Assembly (NCBI GenBank): GCA_041690595.1
Contig: JAWLHB010000011.1
Span: 1 to 64,000 of the forward strand
Source: Lentisphaeria bacterium
GTDB taxonomy: Bacteria > Verrucomicrobiota > Lentisphaeria > JABSQK01 > JAWLHB01
Direction: 5' to 3'
Length of the DNA stretch: 64,000 nt
Under the pieces are notes generated by a model. It worked only from the letters and a program-made list of their open reading frames with translations, had not been told where the DNA came from and did no database searches. This document shows, piece after piece, positions 1 to 10,189 of this stretch; the first letter of the stretch is position 1; the number at the start of each line of letters is the position of its first letter. Made by a program: the position numbers and the translations under genes.

Positions 1-59
1 CTTGCCTGCCACGCCTCGATCAGCTCCGCCCAATAGCTCCGCTTCGTCTCTGTGCTCAT
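1..59 (-). CDS. tnpA: IS66 accessory protein TnpA, N-terminal fragment (partial)
   Basis: MSTETKRSYWAELIEAWQA matches the W-x3-I-x2-W-x2-(SG) N-terminus of IS66 TnpA. AGGAG lies 9 nt upstream; an alternative in-frame ATG is at 65. Confidence 0.7.
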   Translation of the reverse strand, partial: MSTETKRSYWAELIEAWQA

Positions 60-150
60 CCTCATGATCTCCTGTAGGGGGTTCAAGTCACAGGAGATAT
101 TGTGCGCACGAGCAAGCGAATATTCACCATGGGGTATTTTTGACGCTTAC
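1..150 (-). mobile_element. Left end of an IS66-family insertion sequence (continues beyond window start)
   Basis: Minus strand from 150 reads GTAAGCGTCAAAAATACCCC, and GTAAGCG is the characteristic IS66 terminus. It is followed by an AGGAG RBS and a TnpA-like ORF. Confidence 0.75.
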
Positions 151-360
151 ACGAAGGGAACTATCGGCAGACCTTTGTCTACGACGCCGAAGGCCGCCTC
201 AAGAGCGCGCAAGATTCGCGTGTGGGCCAGGTGCTGCGCGGCGTCAGCCACGTCTACGTCTCCGCCAAAGGAAGTCATGGCGAATTTCGTTCTGCATGCG
301 TCACCCCCTCTCCCCATCCTCTGCAGAAACAACTTCCCCTCCCACTGCATGGCTTTGGGG

Positions 361-404
361 TTTTAATTAAAAGATTTGCAATGGAGCCGCCAGTTGTATA
401 AACT
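361..404 (+). promoter_or_regulatory. Putative sigma70 promoter of the LacI cluster with an adjacent palindrome
   Basis: TTGCAA (376-381)-17 bp-TAAACT (399-404). Perfect palindrome TTTTAATTAAAA at 361-372. Confidence 0.45.
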
Positions 405-427
405 AGGACTATCGGAGGGTGCACGGT

Positions 428-1462
428 ATGAGTGTCACGTTGAAGACAATTGCAGCGGAGGTGGGTACGTCGATAGCGACGGTCTCCCTTGCCTTGTCGG
501 ACAATCCACGCGTCAATGATGAGACCAAGGAGCGCATCCGGGAAACCTCCATCCGTCTCGGCTACTGCACGCCGGCCGAACTGTTGCGGAAAAAGCGGCA
601 GTGCTCCCGCAAGCTGCTCAAATACCACTTCGTCGACCTGACCTTGCAGAATAGGGTCTACAACGAGTTTGTCGGCCATCTGCCGGCTCATTGCGGAGCC
701 AAAGGTATCCGGGTGGAACTCGTGTCGCCCACTGGAGAAGACGCGCCGACCCTCGCGCGCCAGATCCTGGCCTGTGGCGCGGAAAGCAGCGGCATGATGT
801 TGTACGGCCCGGTCGATGCGCCGTTGCTGGAACTCCTCGCGGAGGGTGACGTACCCTGCGTGGTCATTGGCCCGCTGGTGGGGCCATGGCCGGATCGATC
901 GTTGCCTTTGCGCGCCATCGCGGTTGGTCTGGACGAGATCACCACCGCCCGCGAAGCCACGGAACACCTTCTGCAGCTTGGCCACAAGCGTGTCGGCCTC
1001 ATCTCCGCCCGCGGCACCGCCGGGCTTTACTACGATCGCTGGGAAGACGGATATCGCCTCGCTCTCTCCCGGGCCGGACTCAACTACGATGCCGCCTTGC
1101 ACGACAACTCCGGTGATTCCCGATTGTCTCGCGGGCAGCTGCCCACCTGTTTCACCGCCCCCGATCCGCCCACTGCCTTTGTCTGTCCGGATCCCACTTA
1201 CGCCAACCTCCTGCGACACCTGGCCGACGCGGAGCGTTTCTCGCCGGCCAACGCCATCCTCTGTGGCACCGAGCAAACTCTGGATATGGCCGGCATGACG
1301 GATTGGCCGGCGTTTGTTGTCGACATTGGATTGCTGACGGAAGTCTGCATCGATACGCTGGACAGTCTGCAGTATCGTGAAGCCGGAGCTTTCCGCATGA
1401 TTACGCTGGCGATGCAACGCCGCAACCTAACCAAACTGTCCCCTGGGAGAAAGCAGTCATGA
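428..1462 (+). CDS. LacI-family transcriptional regulator
   Basis: N-terminal [38 protein letters not shown], plus periplasmic-binding-like domain ([14 protein letters not shown]). ATG 428 follows GGAGGG. Confidence 0.92.
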   Translation: MSVTLKTIAAEVGTSIATVSLALSDNPRVNDETKERIRETSIRLGYCTPAELLRKKRQCSRKLLKYHFVDLTLQNRVYNEFVGHLPAHCGAKGIRVELVSPTGEDAPTLARQILACGAESSGMMLYGPVDAPLLELLAEGDVPCVVIGPLVGPWPDRSLPLRAIAVGLDEITTAREATEHLLQLGHKRVGLISARGTAGLYYDRWEDGYRLALSRAGLNYDAALHDNSGDSRLSRGQLPTCFTAPDPPTAFVCPDPTYANLLRHLADAERFSPANAILCGTEQTLDMAGMTDWPAFVVDIGLLTEVCIDTLDSLQYREAGAFRMITLAMQRRNLTKLSPGRKQS

Positions 1463-2181
1463 TCACGAAACGCACCTCCTTTACCCTGATTGAACTCCTG
1501 GTTGTGGTATCGATCATTGCGGTTCTGGCTTCTCTGCTCTTGCCTGCCCTCAGCCGCGCCCGCGAAAGCGCCAGGCGCAGCAGCTGCTTGAACAATCAGA
1601 AGCAATTCATGACCTATGTCCTGATCTATGCCGGCGACAATGACGAATGGCTCCCCTGCGGCAAATACAATATCCCGACGGGCATGACTGAGCGCGGCCT
1701 GCACATGCTGCGTGACGACTACGGCATGCCTGTGGATGATATCGCCCGCTGTCCATCCATTCCCGAGGCGGTCATCTTCTGGCGGACCGCCGAGGAAGCC
1801 CACTTCCCCTTCCTCTATGTCGGCGGCTCCTCCAATCGCGGCGGCCCTCCCGTCGGCGTCATGAGTCCACCAAACACCTACTATGGATGGCTGGTCGCCG
1901 GCTATTCCAACAAGACCAACATCCTTCATCCCACGCCGCGCCTCTCCCTCTCCGCCCACCTGGCCGAACGCGCCCCCATCCTCTGGGATCTATCCTACGC
2001 GCCTCCCCGCCTCACCAAACCCCACTCCTTCAATCCGTCCAGCCGCAGCAATCATGCTGCCGGCGATGGATTCTGGGGCGCCGGCATTAACATGACCTTT
2101 GCCGATGGCCACGCCGAGTGGATACCGCTCATTCACGGGGTGGGCAGCGAATTCATCGGCCCCTACGACAGCTACAAGTAA
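1459..2181 (+). CDS. Prepilin-type N-terminal cleavage/methylation protein (DUF1559-like, H-X9-DG C-terminus)
   Basis: [42 protein letters not shown] at the N-terminus, and NH...[13 protein letters not shown] at the C-terminus. Confidence 0.92.
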   Translation: MITKRTSFTLIELLVVVSIIAVLASLLLPALSRARESARRSSCLNNQKQFMTYVLIYAGDNDEWLPCGKYNIPTGMTERGLHMLRDDYGMPVDDIARCPSIPEAVIFWRTAEEAHFPFLYVGGSSNRGGPPVGVMSPPNTYYGWLVAGYSNKTNILHPTPRLSLSAHLAERAPILWDLSYAPPRLTKPHSFNPSSRSNHAAGDGFWGAGINMTFADGHAEWIPLIHGVGSEFIGPYDSYK

Positions 2182-2334
2182 GCGCACACCTTCCGCCGCC
2201 GCCATTTCCAGGGCTGCTGATCTCCCAAACATCAGCAGCCTTCCTCATTGGCAGCGGTTGACGCGGGGGAACCGGCATCTTCTATTAGCGGGTTCATCCA
2301 CCGGTAGCACTCTGTCAAACGTCGAGGTGAAGTC

Positions 2335-3792
2335 TTGAAAGCCATCATGGTCATGTTCGATTCGCTCAACCGGCACATGCTCGAACCCTACGGGTGTGAC
2401 TGGGTGAAGACGCCCAACTTCGCGCGCCTTGCACGCCATACCGCCCTTTTCGACACCAGCTATGTCGGCAGCATGCCCTGCATGCCCGCCCGCCGCGAAC
2501 TCCATACCGGCCGCTACAATTTCCTCCATCGCTCATGGTCGCCTCTGGAACCATTCGACGATTCCATGCCCCAGACCCTCAAGCAGAACGGCGTCCATAC
2601 CCATCTCGTCACCGATCACCAGCACTACTGGGAAGATGGCGGCGCCACCTATCATGGCCGGTACACCACCTTCGACCTGCAGCGCGGCCAGGAGGGCGAT
2701 CCATGGCATGCCCATCTCCCCGATGATATCGACGTCCCCAGGACCGTCAACGGACGTTCCGGCACCTGGTTCCGCCAGGATTGCGTCAATCGCCATTACA
2801 TGCCCAACGAGGAAGACATGCCCCAGGCGCGGACCTTCTCCGGCGGCATGGAGTTCCTCCGGCGAAACCATGCCGAAGACAACTGGTTCCTCCAGATCGA
2901 GACCTTCGATCCTCACGAACCCTATTACAGCCCCCAGCACTACAAGGATCTCTATCCGCATGAATGGGAGGGAGACACCTTCGACTGGCCCACCTATGGC
3001 AAGGTCACCGAAGATGCCGCTGCCGTTCAGCACATGCGCTACATGAACGCCGCCCTCGTCTCCATGTGCGACACCTGGCTGGGAAAAGTCCTCGACCTCA
3101 TGGATGAACTCGACCTCTGGAAAGATACCCTCCTCATCGTCAACACCGATCACGGCTTCCTCCTGGGCGAACATGACTTCTGGGCAAAGTGCTGCATGCC
3201 CTTCTACGAAGAGATCGCCCACACACCCCTCTTCATCTGGGATCCTCGCACTTGCGTCGCGGGCGCTCGACGCAAGTCCCTCGTCCAGACCATCGACCTC
3301 CCGGCCACCATTCTCGATTATTTCGGGCTCGACCTCCCGCCGGACATGCAGGGCAAACCCCTCCGCCAGACCATTGTCGACGATTCGCCCGTGCGTGAAG
3401 CGGCCATCTTCGGCATCCACGGCGGCCATGTCAACGTGACCGACGGTCACTACGTCTACATGCGCGCCCCAACCAGCAGCGATAATCAGCCGCTCTACAA
3501 TTACACCCTCATGCCGACGCACATGCGCGGCCTCTTCAGCACCGGCGAACTGGCCGGCGCCACCCTGTCGGAGCCCTTCTCCTTTACCAAGGGCGTTCCC
3601 ACCCTCAAGGTCCCCAGTCAAAGAGGCCAGGCCGACATGCAGACCCTCCTCTTCGACGTGCAGGTCGATCCCCAACAGCTCTCGCCCCTGGACGATGTCG
3701 AGGTCGAGGCGCGCATGGTTCGCCTGATGAAGGATGTCATGGCGGCAACCGATGCGCCATCAGAGCAGTATTCACGCCTAGGGCTGGAGTAA
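2335..3792 (+). CDS. Cys-type formylglycine-dependent sulfatase
   Basis: CMPARRELHTGRY (CxPxR), DPHEP and DHGFLLGEH motifs. No signal peptide. Confidence 0.93.
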   Translation: MKAIMVMFDSLNRHMLEPYGCDWVKTPNFARLARHTALFDTSYVGSMPCMPARRELHTGRYNFLHRSWSPLEPFDDSMPQTLKQNGVHTHLVTDHQHYWEDGGATYHGRYTTFDLQRGQEGDPWHAHLPDDIDVPRTVNGRSGTWFRQDCVNRHYMPNEEDMPQARTFSGGMEFLRRNHAEDNWFLQIETFDPHEPYYSPQHYKDLYPHEWEGDTFDWPTYGKVTEDAAAVQHMRYMNAALVSMCDTWLGKVLDLMDELDLWKDTLLIVNTDHGFLLGEHDFWAKCCMPFYEEIAHTPLFIWDPRTCVAGARRKSLVQTIDLPATILDYFGLDLPPDMQGKPLRQTIVDDSPVREAAIFGIHGGHVNVTDGHYVYMRAPTSSDNQPLYNYTLMPTHMRGLFSTGELAGATLSEPFSFTKGVPTLKVPSQRGQADMQTLLFDVQVDPQQLSPLDDVEVEARMVRLMKDVMAATDAPSEQYSRLGLE

Positions 3793-3797
3793 TCCCC

Positions 3798-6035
3798 ATG
3801 AGACATGGCAATCAGTATCGAACCCGTTCCTTTCAACCCACTTACAATTGGTCCTTTCCGCTCCCTCGCACCCACACTGGCATGTTGCTCGGCAACGGGC
3901 TCATGGGCGCCATGGTCTGGGGAGAAGAGCTCCTCTGCATCACGATCGGCCGTGTCGATCTGTGGGATCATCGCGGCGGTCTCCAGTGGACCGAGAAGCA
4001 GAGCTATGCCGCCATTCGCGATTGCCTCGAACGCGGCGATCAGCAGGGCTTGCGAAAGCTCTTCGAAGAGACGGACCGACCGCCGGGACACCCGGCGCGT
4101 CCGAGCATTGTGCCCGTGGGGCGGATCGAGATCGACTTCGGCAGCAACTGCTCCATCCTCAGCGGCGAACTCAATCTGAAAATGAGCTCCATCGTCTTGT
4201 CGGTAAGTCGCGGCAAACGCGAGCATCGCGTCCGCATTGTCCTCGACATGACGAAGCCAGTGCTCGCGGTGACCATGCCCGCCGCCCTGCGCGCCAACGT
4301 CTCCCGCGTACCCGCGTGGGAGTATGTCGGCGACCACTTGACCTCCATCGGCTTTTCCGAGCCGGAACTGTTCGACGACGACGCCAGCTCCACGCACGGT
4401 TGGACCCAGGCGCTGCCGGATGATCCCGCCTTTGGCCTCTCCTATCGCTTCGATGGCCGCCAGTTAGTGCTGGCCACCGGGCGTGGAGAAAGCCCCGCCG
4501 CTGCCCGCGACGCGGCCGAGGCCTTGCTGGGCGAATCCCCGAAGGATATTCAGGATCGCTCGCGTATCTGGTTGAATGCCTTCTGGAAGGACGCCGCCTA
4601 TGTGGATATCCCCAACCAGGAGCTGAAATTCCTCTACGACTACGGCATGTACAAGTTTGCCGGCCTGACCCATCCCGATGGCGTCGCGGCGACGCTTCAG
4701 GGACCGTGGGTCGAGGAATACCAGATGCCTCCCTGGAGCAACGACTACCACTTCAACATCAATGTGCAGATGTGTTACTGGCCGGCCTTCCACGGTAACC
4801 GCCTCGAACACCTGCGCCCTCTCTTCGACCTCATTCATAGCTGGGAACCCATCCTGCGGCGAAATGCCCATCATTTCCTCGGCATCGACGACGGCTACAT
4901 GCTGCCCCATGCCGTTGACGATCGCTGCACCTGCATGGGCGGCTTCTGGACAGGCACGATCGACCATGGCTGCACCGCCTGGGTCGCCCAGATGATGTAC
5001 CGCTACTATGCCTACACTCTCGACCGCAACTTCCTCGCCGAACGCGCCTTTCCCTTCATGAAGGGGACGATGCGGGTCTACGAGGAGATGCTCGAGCGCG
5101 ACGGCGAGAGCTTCGTACTTCCGGTCAGCGTCTCGCCCGAATATCGTGGCGCCTCCATGGACGCCTGGGGCGCCAACGCCAGCTTCCAGCTCGCCTGCAT
5201 CCATCGCCTCTGCGAGGATCTCCTGGCCGCGGCCAGGATTCTCGGCGAAACACCCAGCCCCATCTGGAGTGAGATAGCCGACAACTGCCCCCGCTACTCT
5301 GCCTTCGAGCGCAACGGCAAGACCGAGATGGGTCTCTGGGACGGAACCCCGCTGGAAGAGAGCCATCGCCATCACTCCCACCTGGCCGCCATCACCCCCT
5401 TCGATACCCTCGACTGGGAGGATGAGGAGACGCGAGCGGTCATCGAGCAGTCGATCTGTCAATGGATCGCCAAAGGACCGGGCATGTGGAGCGGCTGGTG
5501 CGTTCCCTGGGCCAGCATGATTCACAGTCGACTTGGTAACGCCGATGCCGCCGAACTCTGGCTGGATATCTGGCAGCGCGTCTTCACCAACGAAGGGCAT
5601 GGCACCCTGCACGACGTCGATGTCGCCGGCTTCAGCCTGATGGGCAAGGGCGCCGTCTCCAAGCAGACTGCACGTCCGGAGATCATGCAGATGGATGCCG
5701 GCATGAGTGCCGTGGCGGCCATCCAGGAGATGCTGGTCCATGAGCGGCGTGGGATCGTCTACCTCTTCAAGGGCGCCCCGTCACAGTGGCGTATCTGCAG
5801 TTTTGCCGGCATGCGGGTAGCTGGTGGCTTCCTGTTGAGCGCGGCCCGCGGTCCCGATCGTGTCGGCTCGGTTACCATCGAATCTCCCCATGGCGGCCAG
5901 ATTCGCCTGGCCAACCCATGGGGTGGTACCGCTATGCTGATACATGCCGATGGGCGAACCCAGAAGCTTGTCGGAGAGATCCTGGTGGTCGATACGCTGC
6001 CGGGCGATAAGCTCAAACTTCGGAGAACTCCATGA
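3798..6035 (+). CDS. GH95-like glycoside hydrolase (alpha-L-fucosidase/L-galactosidase-like)
   Basis: LLGNGLMGAMVWG, LQGPW, PPWSNDYHFNINVQMCYWP, SVSPEY, HRHHSHL and QMDA..AAIQEMLV motifs typical of GH95/GH65-type (alpha/alpha)6 enzymes. Confidence 0.82.
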   Translation: MRHGNQYRTRSFQPTYNWSFPLPRTHTGMLLGNGLMGAMVWGEELLCITIGRVDLWDHRGGLQWTEKQSYAAIRDCLERGDQQGLRKLFEETDRPPGHPARPSIVPVGRIEIDFGSNCSILSGELNLKMSSIVLSVSRGKREHRVRIVLDMTKPVLAVTMPAALRANVSRVPAWEYVGDHLTSIGFSEPELFDDDASSTHGWTQALPDDPAFGLSYRFDGRQLVLATGRGESPAAARDAAEALLGESPKDIQDRSRIWLNAFWKDAAYVDIPNQELKFLYDYGMYKFAGLTHPDGVAATLQGPWVEEYQMPPWSNDYHFNINVQMCYWPAFHGNRLEHLRPLFDLIHSWEPILRRNAHHFLGIDDGYMLPHAVDDRCTCMGGFWTGTIDHGCTAWVAQMMYRYYAYTLDRNFLAERAFPFMKGTMRVYEEMLERDGESFVLPVSVSPEYRGASMDAWGANASFQLACIHRLCEDLLAAARILGETPSPIWSEIADNCPRYSAFERNGKTEMGLWDGTPLEESHRHHSHLAAITPFDTLDWEDEETRAVIEQSICQWIAKGPGMWSGWCVPWASMIHSRLGNADAAELWLDIWQRVFTNEGHGTLHDVDVAGFSLMGKGAVSKQTARPEIMQMDAGMSAVAAIQEMLVHERRGIVYLFKGAPSQWRICSFAGMRVAGGFLLSAARGPDRVGSVTIESPHGGQIRLANPWGGTAMLIHADGRTQKLVGEILVVDTLPGDKLKLRRTP

Positions 6036-7261
6036 CAACGCTGATGACGGATCAACGCGCGCTGGTGCGCGAACTCGCCCGACAGGTGGCAGAGCTGGCC
6101 CACGAACCTCGAATGACGGCCATCGTCAAGCGCTGGCACGACGTGAATGCGCTTCGCCTGCCGGATCGGGCACCTGTCTACTGCCGTCCGGTCGGTTGCT
6201 GGAAGGAGCTGCTGCCGCGCGAGGCCATGGAATGCACGGATCCTTTCCTCCGCGACCTCGAATACCGTTTCCGGCAGGTGCTCTTGAAGCGGGAGATTGA
6301 CGATGACGATCCGGTGATGCCCTCGTATGCGGTGCAGGCGGTGATCCGTCCCCTGGAGGAGCCGCGCTATGGCGTTGAGATCGGCCATCGAGAGAGTGGG
6401 ACGGCTGATGGCGCCTGGGCCTACGACCCGCCCCTCATGTGCGCCGCCGATTTCGAGAAGCTCCGTCGGCCCACCTATATCTTCGACCGAGAAGCGACGG
6501 AACGGCAGGCTGCGCGTCTGGCCGATCTCTTCGGTGACCTCTATCCCGTCCAGGTGCAGTGCAGCGCCTTCTATGGCCTGGGAACCCTGGGGGGCCTGGC
6601 GGCAAACCTGCGCGGCTTGACCCAGTTGATGCTGGACGTGGCGCTCGAGCCCGAACTCCTCCACCGGCTCATGGCATTCATCCGCGATGACGTCATGCAC
6701 TACCTGGACGTTTGCGAGCAGACTGGCCTCATCCGCCCCAACACCGGCGATCCGATGACCTGCAGCGATCCCATTGGCGCACCCGACCGCGATGGGAACT
6801 ATACCCTGAAGAATTGCTGGGGCGCCTGCAACTCGCAGGAGTGGGACCAGGTCTCCCCCCGCCATTGGGAGGAATTCTGCCTGGAGTATCAGCGGCCGAT
6901 CATGGAGCGCTTCGGGCTGATGCAGTATGGCTGCTGCGAGAACCTGACCCGTAAGATCGATGGCGTCCTCTCCATCCCGAACCTGCGCGTCTTTGTCTTG
7001 AGCGCCTGGACAAACGCGGAGACTCTGGTGGAGCGCGTTCAGAATCGCCACACCATCATGTGGCGCCAGAAGGCGACCGATGTCACGCTTGATCACGATC
7101 TGGGCCGCCTCCGCGCCCGTCTGCACGAGGGAGCGCGGCGCTTGCGCGGCCTCTATTACCAGATAGTCCTCCGCGAATTGCAGACTCTCGATGGCCATCT
7201 CGATCGTCTCCATCTCTGGACGCAATACGCCCGGGAAGCAGCGGAAGAGCATGCCGGCTGA
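6032..7261 (+). CDS. Uroporphyrinogen decarboxylase/MtaA-CmuA methyltransferase-like TIM-barrel protein
   Basis: AANLRGLTQLMLDVALEPELLHRLMAFI, VSPRHWEEFCLEYQRPI and YGCCE motifs of the URO-D superfamily. Confidence 0.75.
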   Translation: MTTLMTDQRALVRELARQVAELAHEPRMTAIVKRWHDVNALRLPDRAPVYCRPVGCWKELLPREAMECTDPFLRDLEYRFRQVLLKREIDDDDPVMPSYAVQAVIRPLEEPRYGVEIGHRESGTADGAWAYDPPLMCAADFEKLRRPTYIFDREATERQAARLADLFGDLYPVQVQCSAFYGLGTLGGLAANLRGLTQLMLDVALEPELLHRLMAFIRDDVMHYLDVCEQTGLIRPNTGDPMTCSDPIGAPDRDGNYTLKNCWGACNSQEWDQVSPRHWEEFCLEYQRPIMERFGLMQYGCCENLTRKIDGVLSIPNLRVFVLSAWTNAETLVERVQNRHTIMWRQKATDVTLDHDLGRLRARLHEGARRLRGLYYQIVLRELQTLDGHLDRLHLWTQYAREAAEEHAG

Positions 7262-7493
7262 ACCGGCGGAAAGAAGCCTCAGATGAAGATTTCAGCTTTT
7301 TCTGTGGAATCCGCTTGGCAAAGGTGGGTGCCCCTGCTTATATTCAATGGATCATTTCATCTTTTCATTGGCTATTCATGAGCATTCGAACCACAGCTCA
7401 ATCTTTCGCGGGGCGCGACCCAGTGCCCCACTTTCGACTATATGGTCGCCTGCTGCCAGCGGTGCCTATTCTGGCTCCCTGCCCGCCTTTCCT

Positions 7494-7533
7494 GCGTTGA
7501 TGTCGGCGCAATGCGCCACTGACGCTCTTTTTT
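7494..7533 (+). terminator. Hairpin plus U-tract upstream of leuA (terminator or attenuator)
   Basis: GCGTTG..GT.GGCGC-AAT-GCGCC-AC-TGACGC followed by TCTTTTTT. Confidence 0.45.
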
Positions 7534-7606
7534 CTGCGTAGTCCTTACGCACTGATTCTGTTGCACTCCCCATGATTGTGGGAGTTCAACTCGAGACCTT
7601 CAGGAG

Positions 7607-9292
7607 ATGACCATGACTTCCATCCGCTATGCGACCCCGGATCCGATCTCTGTTACCAACCGAAAATGGACCGATTCCCCCATCGTTGCCCCCATCTGGA
7701 ATGCTGTCGATCTGCGCGACGGCAATCAGGCACTCGCGGATCCCATGACCCCCAAGCAGAAGAAGGAGTACTTCAAGCTCCTCTGTGCTATCGGCTTCAA
7801 GGAGATCGAAGTCTCGTTTCCCTCCGCTTCCGCGGACGATTTCCAGTTTACCCGAGACTTGATCGAGCAGAAGCTGGTACCGGATGATGTCGCCATCAGT
7901 GTCTTGACACAGGCTCGCAGCCATTTGATCGAGCGAACCGTCGAGTCCCTCCATGGCGCCAGAGAGGCGATCATCCACATGTATATCGCCACCAGCGAGC
8001 TCCATCATCGCTTCGTCTTCGGTATGGAACGCGTTCAGCTGATCGAGGCGGCCGTCAAGGGCATTCGCCAGATCCGCGAACTCTCCAGAGGCCTCGACGG
8101 CACCAGAGTCCGCCTGGAATTTTCTCCTGAGGAATTCACCGATACCAATGCCGACCTGGGCATCGAAATCTGCGAAAAGGTTGTCGAAGCCTGGGAACCT
8201 GAACCGGGTGAGCGCGTCATCATGAACCTCCCGCAGACCGTCGAGCGGCGCATGCCCAACGAGTACGCGGACATGATCGAGAGCTTCAAGCAGCGTATCG
8301 TCTGCCCGGAGAAGATCCTGGTCTCCGTACATGTGCACAATGACATGGGTATGGCGGTAGCCGCCACCATGCAGGGGCTCAAGGCCGGCGCCGATCGAGT
8401 CGAGGGAACCCTCTTCGGCCATGGCGAACGCACCGGCAATGTCGACCTCGTCACGGTCGCCCTGAATTTGCAGTACCTCGGCATCGACACCGGCCTCGAC
8501 TTCTCGCAGCTGGACAGCATTCGCGAAACCGTCGAGCGGGTGACCTCCATGCCGACGCATGCGCGCCATCCCTACGCGGGCGACCTCGTTTTCACCGCCT
8601 TCTCCGGCTCCCATCAGGATGCTATCCACAAGGGGCTGAGCCGGCGGGATGAGTTGGTCGCGCACTTCGGCGCCTGGAAGATTCCCTACCTGCACGTGGA
8701 TCCGTCCTCCCTCGGACGTCGCTTCGAGAAGTTCATCCGGATCAACAGCCAGTCCGGCAAGGGCGGCATTGCCCACGTGATGGAGCGCGATCACCGCATC
8801 AAGCTGCCGCGCTGGGTGCAGGTCGACTTTGCCAGGGAAGTGCAGAAGCTCGCCGATACGACCTCCCGCGAACTCACCAGCGGGCAGGTCTTTGAGGAGT
8901 TCAAGAAGCTGTACATGCACGAGGACCAGCCAATCAGTTTGATCAACTACTGGCCGCGCCCGAGCGAGGAAGATCCACAGGTCATCCAGGGCGAAGTGCA
9001 TGTCCGTTATAACGGCGAAAAGCACATCCTCCATGATACCGGCAACGGCCCCGTTTCGGCCTTTGTGCACTGCCTGCGACGCCTGATTGCCGTGCCTCAG
9101 TTCAACCTCAGGGAATACGAAGAGGAAACGCGTGGTCGCTCGGCTGACGCCGAGGCAGTCTGCTTCGTTCGCCTGCAGGAAGCCGGCGGCAAGCAGGCGC
9201 AGATCGGAGTCGGCTTCGGCGGCAACATCGATCAAGCGGCAGTTCGCGCTGTCCTCTCCGCACTCAACGCGTTGCTGTGCAGCGCCCAATGA
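7607..9292 (+). CDS. leuA: 2-isopropylmalate synthase
   Basis: VDLRDGNQAL, EFSPEEF, HVHNDMG, GERTGNVDL, HPYAGDLVFTAFSGSHQDAI, IRINSQSGKGG and GNGPV regulatory domain. Confidence 0.97.
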   Translation: MTMTSIRYATPDPISVTNRKWTDSPIVAPIWNAVDLRDGNQALADPMTPKQKKEYFKLLCAIGFKEIEVSFPSASADDFQFTRDLIEQKLVPDDVAISVLTQARSHLIERTVESLHGAREAIIHMYIATSELHHRFVFGMERVQLIEAAVKGIRQIRELSRGLDGTRVRLEFSPEEFTDTNADLGIEICEKVVEAWEPEPGERVIMNLPQTVERRMPNEYADMIESFKQRIVCPEKILVSVHVHNDMGMAVAATMQGLKAGADRVEGTLFGHGERTGNVDLVTVALNLQYLGIDTGLDFSQLDSIRETVERVTSMPTHARHPYAGDLVFTAFSGSHQDAIHKGLSRRDELVAHFGAWKIPYLHVDPSSLGRRFEKFIRINSQSGKGGIAHVMERDHRIKLPRWVQVDFAREVQKLADTTSRELTSGQVFEEFKKLYMHEDQPISLINYWPRPSEEDPQVIQGEVHVRYNGEKHILHDTGNGPVSAFVHCLRRLIAVPQFNLREYEEETRGRSADAEAVCFVRLQEAGGKQAQIGVGFGGNIDQAAVRAVLSALNALLCSAQ

Positions 9293-9307
9293 TCCGGTGA
9301 GCAGCTT

Positions 9308-10189
9308 ATGATCCAGAGCATGACCGGCTTCGGCCGCGGCGAATGCAGCCGCGGAGGCAAACGCCTCATCCTCCAGGTGAGTTCCGTCAACCACCGCCAT
9401 TGCGACTTGCGCTTTACGTTGGCGCGGGAGCTTTGCTACCTCGAAAAGCCGTTGCGCGATTGCATCCGCGAGTATGTTCAGCGCGGATCCCTCCAGCTAG
9501 TCGTTGAACTGGTCACCGATCATAGCGTCCCTGGTCAGGTTCGGGCAAACCTCGGCCTGGCCAGGGATTACCTCCGCGAGACACAGCGGCTCCGCGAAGA
9601 ACTCGGCATCGCGGGAGAGGTTACCTTGCAGGAGCTGCTTCTCGTCCCAGGCATCTTCCAGGTGAGCGAACCCGAAGCATCCCCGGAAACCGTCGTCGAC
9701 ATGGCCGTGGAAGCTGCCCATGAGGCGTTGCGCGCCATGCTGCTCATGCGCCAGACAGAAGGGGAATCCTTGCGTGTCGATATGCAGCAGAGACTCGACT
9801 TTATCGCCGAGGTCGTTGGCCGCATTGGCAGCCGCGCTCCTCTCGTCCCCCAGGAATATCGCGGACGCCTGATGCAGCGGATTGCCGAAATCCTCCAGGA
9901 ACCCACCATCGATCAAGACCGGCTGATGAAGGAAGTGGCCTGGTTTGCCGACAAGGCGGACATCAGCGAGGAGATCACCCGCCTGAGCAGCCATATCGAG
10001 CAGCTTCAGGCGCTCCTTAACAGCTGCGCCGAACCAGTCGGCCGGAAACTGGACTTTCTTCTGCAGGAGATGCACCGCGAGATCAACACGATCGGCAGCA
10101 AGGCCAATGATCAAGGCATCGGCGGATTGGTCGTCGACCTCAAAGCTGAGTTGGAGAGAATGCGCGAACAGGCGCAGAATGTCCAATGA
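9308..10189 (+). CDS. yicC: YicC/YloC-family endoribonuclease
   Basis: MIQSMTGFGRG, SVNHR, DISEEITRLSSH, GRKLDFLLQEMHREINTIGSKA and EQAQNVQ. Confidence 0.96.
   Translation: MIQSMTGFGRGECSRGGKRLILQVSSVNHRHCDLRFTLARELCYLEKPLRDCIREYVQRGSLQLVVELVTDHSVPGQVRANLGLARDYLRETQRLREELGIAGEVTLQELLLVPGIFQVSEPEASPETVVDMAVEAAHEALRAMLLMRQTEGESLRVDMQQRLDFIAEVVGRIGSRAPLVPQEYRGRLMQRIAEILQEPTIDQDRLMKEVAWFADKADISEEITRLSSHIEQLQALLNSCAEPVGRKLDFLLQEMHREINTIGSKANDQGIGGLVVDLKAELERMREQAQNVQ

Noticed and set aside
7586..9400. Long antisense ORFs (e.g. 7586-9400, 5759-7252, 17676-19130, 61445-62767)
   Set aside because: They mirror well-supported genes on the opposite strand, a known artefact of GC-rich codon usage, and show no recognisable motifs.
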